24,000 nucleotides of DNA, taken from contig CAZWIU010000010.1 in NCBI GenBank assembly GCA_964634105.1, forward strand, positions 1-24,000, written 5' to 3'. The translations under genes and the position numbers were made by a program. Every line of letters begins with the position of its first letter. The first letter of the stretch is position 1. This DNA is from an uncultured Bacteroidales bacterium. Lineage in GTDB: Bacteria > Bacteroidota > Bacteroidia > Bacteroidales > UBA10428. Shown in pieces: positions 7,893-14,411 of this stretch. The notes beneath the pieces are model-generated. The model searched no databases and was not told the DNA's origin. It worked only from the letters and a program-made list of their open reading frames with translations.

Positions 7893-8607
7893 ATATGATG
7901 GAGGGAAGAACGGCTCCGGGACATATCAGCAGATCATAAACCTGATACCGGAACACGATTGGTATTTTGAATTGTTCCTGGGATCCGGGGCAATCCTGAA
8001 AAACAAGTTACCAGCTCGTATCAGCTTTTGCATGGATAAGGATCCGGGGTTAATCGCCTCCTGGAATAGCCTGGGGTTGCCTGGTTATATTTTTAAATGT
8101 TCCGATGCGATATCATTCCTGGAATCAGCTGTAGATCTTCTCAATGTTATTCATGATACCGCCGGCCGTATCTTTCTTTACCTGGATCCTCCATACCCAT
8201 TTTTTGTGCGCCGGTCCTTGGAAAAGCTTTATAAAAACGAATTGACAGACCAGGATCATGAGCGCCTTTTAATGGTCTGCAGTAACGCACTATTCCCGGT
8301 TGCGATATCATCCTATAAAAATTCATTATATGACCAGTATCTGAAGGGTTGGAATATTCATGAATTTGAAAGCATGACACGCCAGGGCTTAAGGACTGAA
8401 TGTGTTTACTTCAACTATGAATCTCCCGAAAAGCTGCACGATTACAGGTATATCGGCAGGAATTTCCGTGAGCGCGAAAAAATGAAACTGGTAAAAAAGA
8501 ACATGGTATCGAAGTTTAACCGGATACCTGCAGTATTAAGGAATTCAATTATTCAAGAACTAAATAATAAATACAATGCCGATAAATTACAAAATACGAA
8601 AGGATAA
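7873..8607 (+). CDS. N6-adenine DNA methyltransferase, D12/Dam-like
   Basis: N-terminal YDGGK, an FxGxG-type SAM motif (ELFLGSGAI), then the catalytic DPPY (YLDPPYPF, 8185-8196). This is the motif order of D12-class enzymes. Confidence 0.85.
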   Translation: MQRIPNKYDGGKNGSGTYQQIINLIPEHDWYFELFLGSGAILKNKLPARISFCMDKDPGLIASWNSLGLPGYIFKCSDAISFLESAVDLLNVIHDTAGRIFLYLDPPYPFFVRRSLEKLYKNELTDQDHERLLMVCSNALFPVAISSYKNSLYDQYLKGWNIHEFESMTRQGLRTECVYFNYESPEKLHDYRYIGRNFREREKMKLVKKNMVSKFNRIPAVLRNSIIQELNNKYNADKLQNTKG

Positions 8608-8740
8608 TCTTAAGCGCCGGATTATCGATGAATTCGGCGGTGAGAATAAGCTAAGGCTGTGCAACATGATCAATATGCTGATGAACTATCAAAAATCAGA
8701 CATTCAGATTGGACTTCAAAAGTATGTTGATGAGCTATAA
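8576..8740 (+). CDS. Hypothetical small protein (54 aa, below the ORF-track cutoff)
   Basis: Hand translation: MPINYKIRKDNLKRRIIDEFGGENKLRLCNMINMLMNYQKSDIQIGLQKYVDEL. Fills the 8608-8768 gap and overlaps the MTase 3' end in another frame. Confidence 0.4.
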   Translation: MPINYKIRKDNLKRRIIDEFGGENKLRLCNMINMLMNYQKSDIQIGLQKYVDEL

Positions 8741-8768
8741 AAGTGAATTGAACTAAAATCATAAGGAT

Positions 8769-9410
8769 ATGAAAAAGTTTTGTGCAATTACACCTACGCG
8801 GGGCGACCGGCCTCTATTCCTGGAACACTGTAAAATGCAAATGCAAAAACAGACAGTGCTGCCAGGCGATCATTTTATAATCGATTACCCGGCCCGATCA
8901 GGCGATTTCGACCTGGTTGAGAGATATCAGCAGGGCATAGCCCTGGCCATGTCAAAAGGCTATGATATTGTTTATTTTATCGAAGATGATGACTACTATC
9001 CGGATGACTATTTCGAACGCATGGACATTGGTAAGAACGATATTATCGGGCTTCCCTATACCTGGTATTATCATTTGGATACCAGGTCATATATACGCAT
9101 GAACCACCCCGGACGCTCATCCATGTTCTGCACAGGGCTTCGTATTTCCCGGTTTATGGATTTTGACTGGCCCGATAAGCTGACAATTTTTGTTGATATA
9201 CTGTTATGGAAACACCTGGCTTTACAGCGCTTTGAAATGATAGCTCCTTTCCCTATCGGGATAAAGCACAGCGCCGGACTTCGTGCCGGTAATGGCCATA
9301 ATCTTAACTTCCCGTTTACAGCTTCTGATCCAGGGTGTGATTGGTTAAAACATCACGTGAGGCCAGAATCATTTGAGTTTTATATGAACTATAAACAGGA
9401 GAATGCATGA
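8769..9410 (+). CDS. GT-A fold glycosyltransferase-like protein (DxD type)
   Basis: N-terminal ITPTRGDRP strand-loop followed by YDIVYFIEDDDYYP (EDDD 8982-8993). This is typical of GT-A nucleotide-sugar transferases. Substrate unknown. Confidence 0.55.
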   Translation: MKKFCAITPTRGDRPLFLEHCKMQMQKQTVLPGDHFIIDYPARSGDFDLVERYQQGIALAMSKGYDIVYFIEDDDYYPDDYFERMDIGKNDIIGLPYTWYYHLDTRSYIRMNHPGRSSMFCTGLRISRFMDFDWPDKLTIFVDILLWKHLALQRFEMIAPFPIGIKHSAGLRAGNGHNLNFPFTASDPGCDWLKHHVRPESFEFYMNYKQENA

Positions 9411-9483
9411 TTAGCTCTACATATAAATGGTTCCTTATCATTTGCTTGAAGATAAAATCAATGAATTACTTAAACCTTAAACT

Positions 9484-9681
9484 ATGGATGCACAAAGCGC
9501 TTTAAAAGTTATTGCTGCCGGGTTTGTAATCATCCGGGCAGAAGATCAACCATTAATAAGAATTAAATACAAAGGACGCGGAAAGCATGAATGGTCTACT
9601 ATGGCAAAATTTGAATCAAAAGCTGCCCACGATCGTGAAATGAAGCGACTACTTGAAAACAAACATATAATACAGGATTAA
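9484..9681 (+). CDS. Hypothetical protein
   Basis: 65-aa ATG-initiated ORF; the next gene starts 2 nt after its stop. Confidence 0.6.
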   Translation: MDAQSALKVIAAGFVIIRAEDQPLIRIKYKGRGKHEWSTMAKFESKAAHDREMKRLLENKHIIQD

Positions 9682-9682
9682 C

Positions 9683-10207
9683 ATGCATAAAGAACAACGC
9701 GAATTCTGCGAACAAGTAAAAGAAAAGTTCCCGGAATATTTTACACAGAGCCGTGTAATTGATTTCGGTTCGCTCGATGTTAATGGAAACAATCGGTATT
9801 TATTCGATACGAGCTGCACTTATACAGGGGTTGATCTTGGCCCCGGTAAAAACGTTGATGTGGTCCTCTCAGCTCACCTGTTCACCCCGGAGCCAGGCTT
9901 TGAACCCGATGTCATTATCAGCACCGAAATGCTGGAACACGACAGGAACTGGGATCGGAGTCTCAGAAATATGCTGCACATGCTGAAACGTGGCGGCCTG
10001 ATTATAGTCACCTGTGCCACCGATGACCGTGAGGAACACGGAACCAGGGAACACAACCCACAGGATTCACCCTATACAAACGACTATTATCGCAACGTAA
10101 GCCTTTCAGAATTTAAGAAAGCTATCCACTGTGAATTAAAATTCCTGATACAATTTGAGATACGAAGGACGAAAAATGATTTACAATTCTGGGGGATAAA
10201 GCAATGA
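9683..10207 (+). CDS. Class I SAM-dependent methyltransferase
   Basis: Motif I VIDFGSLDVNG, post-I GVDLGPG, DVIISTEMLEHD and LKRGGLIIVT follow the Rossmann-fold MTase motif series. Confidence 0.8.
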   Translation: MHKEQREFCEQVKEKFPEYFTQSRVIDFGSLDVNGNNRYLFDTSCTYTGVDLGPGKNVDVVLSAHLFTPEPGFEPDVIISTEMLEHDRNWDRSLRNMLHMLKRGGLIIVTCATDDREEHGTREHNPQDSPYTNDYYRNVSLSEFKKAIHCELKFLIQFEIRRTKNDLQFWGIKQ

Positions 10208-10350
10208 AAAGTAAACCGATACAATGTGCTATTAGTGATTGGAGTTGTGTATATCATGCATGCATGACTGACCATTGCCAGAAGCATGAAGTATTGAAGC
10301 GCGTTACTTTAGCCGAATCTGGCGAACCAAAATGTAAAATAAAACTATGA
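10204..10350 (+). CDS. Small Cys/His-rich protein (48 aa), possible zinc-binding module
   Basis: Hand translation: MKSKPIQCAISDWSCVYHACMTDHCQKHEVLKRVTLAESGEPKCKIKL. ATGA overlap at both ends (10204-10207 and 10347-10350). Confidence 0.5.
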   Translation: MKSKPIQCAISDWSCVYHACMTDHCQKHEVLKRVTLAESGEPKCKIKL

Positions 10351-10769
10351 ATATAAAGGAATTCATTGCTTATATCCTGAATGATAAAAGCAATAAGCAT
10401 ATCAAACTTAATTTGGGAATAGTTCCAAGATCACAAGCTGAGAAAATAAAAAACATTACCGGCCTTAATGTTTTAGGTTATACTTCCCTGATTGATAATT
10501 ATGCAGTAAAACATACATTGGAGGAACATGGCACTGCTTCAGAAATCAAGCGCGGACAGGTTCCGGTAACACCTGAATGTTTTGAATTAATTCCAACCAT
10601 TTTGAGCAGCCCCGATAAAATAACAGACGGCGGATTAAGTGCAATAGGCCGTAGGGTAATTGTATTCAGCAAGCGGATAAACGGCATTGTGATTTATGTT
10701 GAAGAAGTAAGGACTAAGAGAAAAGAACTTGCACTACTTACTATGTACATTAAAAAAGCCCGCTGTTAA
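10347..10769 (+). CDS. Hypothetical protein; possibly a barnase/EndoU/RelE-like (PBECR-type) phage nuclease domain
   Basis: 140-aa ORF. NYAVKHTLEEHG ... VIVFSKRINGIVIYVEEVRTKRKELALLTMYIKK recalls the stand-alone domain found in polyvalent phage proteins. This is a memory-based call and the function is weakly supported. Confidence 0.6.
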   Translation: MNIKEFIAYILNDKSNKHIKLNLGIVPRSQAEKIKNITGLNVLGYTSLIDNYAVKHTLEEHGTASEIKRGQVPVTPECFELIPTILSSPDKITDGGLSAIGRRVIVFSKRINGIVIYVEEVRTKRKELALLTMYIKKARC

Positions 10770-10780
10770 GCGAGCTTTTA
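10758..10780 (+). terminator. Candidate intrinsic terminator
   Basis: GCCCGCT-gtta-AGCGAGC (one mismatch) followed by TTTTAT. The stop codon of the upstream CDS lies in the loop. Confidence 0.45.
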
Positions 10781-11007
10781 TAAACCACGAGTTATTGCCA
10801 TTGCTGGCCATTCTCCTAACGTCCGAAACGTCTTGGTTCAATGCAAATATACGAAAAAAATGAATACAAGTTTTAAATGTGTTTATTGCAACAAACCAAA
10901 TGAAACAATACATGTGCAGGGAACATGCTGAAGCAATGTTTAATGGTAAGAACATTTTAAGAGAAGACTTAATAAACCATAATTGCATACTAAAAACTTA
11001 AACTATT

Positions 11008-11541
11008 ATGAAACAGCGCATTGTAAAATTTTTGGAATTTAATGGTAACAATCTTTATTTTCTTGATGTAAATGGAAAATACTGGATTGCGGTAAAACCT
11101 GTATGTGAGGCACTTAATATTGAATATACCCGTATATTCAAGAACCTGAAAACAGATCCTATACTAGCACCAAGATTGGCTAAACTGCCAATGATGATCC
11201 CCGGTGATACCCAGCCCAGAAAATATGTTTGCATTCCTGAATACTTGATCTATGGCTGGATTTTTTCAATTCAGAGCGATTCAAGGGAACTATTGTCATA
11301 TAAGCTAGAATGTTACGAAGTATTATTTAATCACTTTCACGGAGCTATTACCGGACGCACTGATTTATTACGCGATAAGGCCAGACTTGTAACAGAAAGA
11401 CTAAGGCTTGAAAACAGCCTGAAACAATTACCGGAATATAAGCAACTGGAACAAATTAAAATTGAAGAATCGCGCATTGGGAAAGCGCTTGTGCGCAATG
11501 ATAACGAGATCATCAATCTTCAGCTCGAACTCTTTCAATGA
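11008..11541 (+). CDS. Phage antirepressor-like protein (P22_AR N-terminal domain type)
   Basis: YWIAVKPVCEALNIEY ... QPRKYVCIPEYLIYGWIFSIQSDS...YKLECYEVLFNHF parallels the conserved blocks of the P22 Ant N-terminal domain. C-terminal coiled coil. Confidence 0.7.
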   Translation: MKQRIVKFLEFNGNNLYFLDVNGKYWIAVKPVCEALNIEYTRIFKNLKTDPILAPRLAKLPMMIPGDTQPRKYVCIPEYLIYGWIFSIQSDSRELLSYKLECYEVLFNHFHGAITGRTDLLRDKARLVTERLRLENSLKQLPEYKQLEQIKIEESRIGKALVRNDNEIINLQLELFQ

Positions 11542-12188
11542 CCGATAATAAAATATTTCCCTATCTTTGTGGAGCTAGATTCATTAAAATTTTAGAAGCT
11601 CGTTCCTCAAATGAGACTGATAAAAAGGTACAGGAGCGGCATACCGGTGTAAGTCCGGCAGTCCTATCTGAGCTTCGCTTTGATGAGTCTAGCAGTGACC
11701 GCTCCCTTTTGTTTCATGAAAATGCTAGACTTATGGACACAAACAAGCCCTTTTCCATTTACATCGTTGAACGTAAAGATTGGTTCCAATCCAGCCAGTG
11801 CGTAATTATCGAACAAACCAGGAGCGACAGCAGTACGCTTTTTGGTTTAGGCACAATTACTGAACAGATCAGGTTAACCCCGCAGCAGCTGCTATCCCTT
11901 AAAAAAGAGATTGACAGGCTGCTTGATTTTCTTTTTCCCCAGGAGCGTGAACTACGTAAACCTCGTATTGGCCTTGTTAAGGTTTATTCACGCAACTGGC
12001 TTCAAAGCGAAATGAACCGGTTGTTAAAACTGGAACGTTACGAAGATGCTGAAGCGCTCAAATATTTGATCCGCATTATTTCTGACACTGAAAAGAGCAA
12101 ACCAAATGAAAACAATACATGTGCTGGGAACCGGCCCAGGAATAAAAAATTACAAGTACAGCGGGAACATAAGGATAGGTGTGAATGA
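11538..12188 (+). CDS. Hypothetical protein
   Basis: 216-aa ORF, ATGA-coupled to the antirepressor gene (11538-11541). Its last 27 codons overlap the next gene. Confidence 0.65.
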   Translation: MTDNKIFPYLCGARFIKILEARSSNETDKKVQERHTGVSPAVLSELRFDESSSDRSLLFHENARLMDTNKPFSIYIVERKDWFQSSQCVIIEQTRSDSSTLFGLGTITEQIRLTPQQLLSLKKEIDRLLDFLFPQERELRKPRIGLVKVYSRNWLQSEMNRLLKLERYEDAEALKYLIRIISDTEKSKPNENNTCAGNRPRNKKLQVQREHKDRCE

Positions 12189-12633
12189 TATATTTAAGTA
12201 CCAGCCGGTTGAATACCTACTGCTTATGGACAATATAGAAACCTTCCCGCAGGATCGGTTAAAGACGATTATCGATTCTACGCCGCTTCAAACATTCTCA
12301 CAGCTTAGTGAATGGAACTTCATGCCCGGATTTACACCAATCGGACTGAATAAAACACCTGGTGATATTTCATCCCTGGGATCTATGAACTATTTACCCC
12401 GGCATGTTGATAGTACATTTACAGCAGTTTGTATAGCATACTGCTTGGGGGCCAAAAAGGTTGTCATGTATGGGGTGGAATTTTGCGGTCATCCTGTGCT
12501 TAGTAAGTATTCAGATAAGATTCTTGAATGCTATGAGAAACTATATAAGGCCCTTCTTATAAAGGGCTGCAATCTGTGCGTAGCTTCTCACAATAGTTTA
12601 TTAAGCGAAGTGATGCCGGTAGAGGTAATGTAA
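12106..12633 (+). CDS. Rossmann-like protein with a GNGPS-type N-terminus (DUF115/Maf-like or CstII-type glycosyltransferase-like)
   Basis: MKTIHVLGTGPGIKNY...IGVNDIF...LLLMDN resembles the (I/V)xGNGPS...N/D...D start of DUF115/MptE-like and GT42 enzymes. Followed by a good terminator. Confidence 0.55.
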   Translation: MKTIHVLGTGPGIKNYKYSGNIRIGVNDIFKYQPVEYLLLMDNIETFPQDRLKTIIDSTPLQTFSQLSEWNFMPGFTPIGLNKTPGDISSLGSMNYLPRHVDSTFTAVCIAYCLGAKKVVMYGVEFCGHPVLSKYSDKILECYEKLYKALLIKGCNLCVASHNSLLSEVMPVEVM

Positions 12634-12702
12634 TGCTGCTTTATTCAATGAAATGAGTTATTTTTAATTACTTTTTTATAATAATCGTCTTATAATTTTT
12701 TA

Positions 12703-12730
12703 CCGTCGGAGAAATCCGGCGGTTTTTTTT
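12703..12730 (+). terminator. Intrinsic terminator closing the early/modification operon
   Basis: CCGTCGGA-gaaa-TCCGGCGG (one mismatch) followed by T8 (12723-12730). Confidence 0.7.
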
Positions 12731-12777
12731 ATATGTGCAAAGTACATTTTTTTAGTTTGCAGTATACCCGTTTTTTA

Positions 12778-13270
12778 TGTTAACGTGTTAAGAGAGCCTT
12801 GTAATTAATTGAATAATAATAAAATAAGCCTTAACATAAACTACATTTTTACGTTAAGATCGTGTTAAGAAGTGTTAAGATTATGATTAACAAATCATTA
12901 CCCTGTAAGCATTGATTTTACTAACGTTAACGTGATATCAAAATTCTGAATGTGTTGGTATTACTTAAGTTGCGGGTAAAAAAAGACTCTTAACCCTTTT
13001 ATTCAGGAAAGTCGATTTATGTTAAGACCTTATTCATTGTGACACAGTTCGTTACAGGGAGTCGTTAACACGTTAACACGAAATTTGACATTGCTGAGAA
13101 AGGGGTATTTTAGCATTTTATCATTTTCCTGGATCAAAAAAAGTGTTCGAAATAGTGCATGTAACTGTTAAAAAAGTGATAGCGGACCTTATCTTTTTAT
13201 ATTATGGTATATACCCCAAGAAAAAATCAACTTTTTGCCAACTTTTCATTAACTATTTTTTCGTTAACAG
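12778..13270. repeat. Iteron-like array: 11 copies of the octamer (C/T)GTTAA(C/G)(A/G)
   Basis: TGTTAACG 12778; TGTTAAGA 12786, 12863, 12873, 13020; CGTTAAGA 12852; CGTTAACG 12925; CGTTAACA 13063, 13071 (tandem) and 13262; reverse copy at 12829-12836. Three copies at 12852-12880 are spaced about 10 bp apart. No ORF over 23 codons in 12634-13413. Confidence 0.75.
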
Positions 13271-13413
13271 ATTGATTTTTAATAAATAACCAATTCATTG
13301 CTGAATTTCCGATTTTAACTTTTCATCAACTATTGAAAAAGTGAATAAATACTTCAGGTGATTCGTTGTATTTCATTCTGATTCCTTGCATTTTTCATGG
13401 AAATAATTAGCTT

Positions 13414-13632
13414 ATGGAAGGATTATTCATAACTACATCCGATATCCAGCTGATCCATAATTGCTGTTCCAAAACTGCACAAAAAAAGATGCAGCTTATC
13501 AGGGAAGTCCTTTGTAAAAAACCGCATCAGAAAGTAACTATTAAAGAATACTGCGATTTTGAAGGGATCGGTATGGAAGATTTCCAGGAGAAAAAAGCCG
13601 AACTATACCGAATCAATAAGCAGGCCAGGTAA
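13414..13632 (+). CDS. Small DNA-binding protein (excisionase/MerR-like HTH type common in Bacteroidota mobile elements)
   Basis: ITTSDIQLIHNCCSKTAQKKMQLIREVLCKKPHQKVTIKEYCDFEGI fits the pattern of short HTH regulators (T..d...i.g.s..tA.r....ir..l.K...q.vTi.eyc.y). It is the first gene after the iteron gap and sits directly upstream of the virion block. Confidence 0.55.
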   Translation: MEGLFITTSDIQLIHNCCSKTAQKKMQLIREVLCKKPHQKVTIKEYCDFEGIGMEDFQEKKAELYRINKQAR

Positions 13633-13664
13633 GACTTAGGACTCGGCATAACCGGAACCGACGT

Positions 13665-13695
13665 AACATTTGCATTCATACAACGCGCAAATGTT
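13665..13695. promoter_or_regulatory. Perfect 9-bp inverted repeat covering the start codon of the first virion-block gene
   Basis: AACATTTGC (13665-13673) - 13 nt - GCAAATGTT (13687-13695). The ATG at 13691 lies inside the right arm. Confidence 0.5.
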
Positions 13696-14134
13696 TCGGA
13701 AATTAGTACCTTTTTTGCTTCTGGGCGGCGTAGCGGCTGCATTTCTTCTTACGGCTAAAAAGCTTAAGAAACTGGATACAGCCGTTACCCGCCTGCAATA
13801 TAAAAGTCTTTCCCTCACTACAATCCGCTTTGAACTCGACCTGGCCGTTACTAATCCTGGCCAGCAATCAGTAAACATACAGGAGATTGAGCTTGCCTTG
13901 GTATACCGAGGCGACACAATGGCCTCAATGAAAAAGACGGGTATTAATATTCCTGTAGGCGCCGAGAAGACAATTAAAATCACAAACATCACCGCAGATG
14001 TAAGCACATTAAGCGCCCTGAGCCAAATTCTTTCGGCGTTCCTGGGGGACACCGCCAAAACAATGACTGTAAGCGGAACAATCAAAGCCGACGGCTTTAG
14101 CTATCCGGTAAACGAGACAATAAATATTTCGTGA
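13691..14134 (+). CDS. Membrane-anchored LEA_2 / NDR1-HIN1-like domain protein
   Basis: The ORF-track start at 13670 is TTG; the ATG at 13691 gives MFRKLVPFLLLGGVAAAFLLTA (TM anchor). The remainder (FELDLAVTNPGQQSVNIQEIELALVYRGDTMA...IPVGAEKTIKI...VSGTIKADG) follows the LEA_2 beta-sandwich pattern. Confidence 0.6.
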   Translation: MFRKLVPFLLLGGVAAAFLLTAKKLKKLDTAVTRLQYKSLSLTTIRFELDLAVTNPGQQSVNIQEIELALVYRGDTMASMKKTGINIPVGAEKTIKITNITADVSTLSALSQILSAFLGDTAKTMTVSGTIKADGFSYPVNETINIS

Positions 14135-14135
14135 T

Positions 14136-14411
14136 ATGAGTACCAAAAAAACAAATAAGCCTGCAACAAAAATACAGGACAAGACAAAGCCCGCAGCTAA
14201 AGCCCAGGGTGAAAAAGCAACACGAGCCATTCCGGAAATTGAACCTATACGGACAGTGTACGATCCAAAGAACCGGGAAGTGATCATCGAACGCAGGGGT
14301 GAAAAATACCGGGTCAGAAAACCCCGTACTGCTTTTGAAAGTCCCTGGCTGAGCAAAGCCACAGCTGAAAAGGTATTCAATGTTAAAGCCAATTGTTCGC
14401 AGAATCAATGA
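14136..14411 (+). CDS. Small highly basic protein (candidate nucleic-acid-binding virion protein)
   Basis: 91 aa, about a quarter Lys+Arg by my count (MSTKKTNKPATKIQDKTKPAAKAQ...RRGEKYRVRKPR). Its stop overlaps the next ATG as ATGA (14408-14411). Confidence 0.7.
   Translation: MSTKKTNKPATKIQDKTKPAAKAQGEKATRAIPEIEPIRTVYDPKNREVIIERRGEKYRVRKPRTAFESPWLSKATAEKVFNVKANCSQNQ

Noticed and set aside
9407-9499. 30-aa ATGA-coupled mini-ORF after the glycosyltransferase-like gene
   Set aside because: It is very short and hydrophobic, and it runs into the next gene's start in another frame. The evidence is insufficient.
10734-10988. Minus-strand 84-aa ORF between the 140-aa gene and the antirepressor gene; also a 23-aa Cys-containing plus-strand mini-ORF at 10860-10931
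   Set aside because: The 84-aa ORF overlaps the end of the upstream CDS and its terminator hairpin, is the only opposite-strand call in the operon, and has an implausible sequence. The mini-ORF is too short and uncoupled.
12778-13270. GTTAA(C/G)A repeats considered as a CRISPR array
   Set aside because: Repeat units are only 8 bp, irregularly spaced and in both orientations. There are no 25-40 bp repeats with unique spacers.
13414-13632. FEGIG in the 72-aa HTH protein as an eleventh cleavage-type motif
   Set aside because: It lacks the aliphatic residue two positions before the first Gly, sits in a regulatory rather than virion protein, and matches the usual C-terminal pattern of this HTH family.
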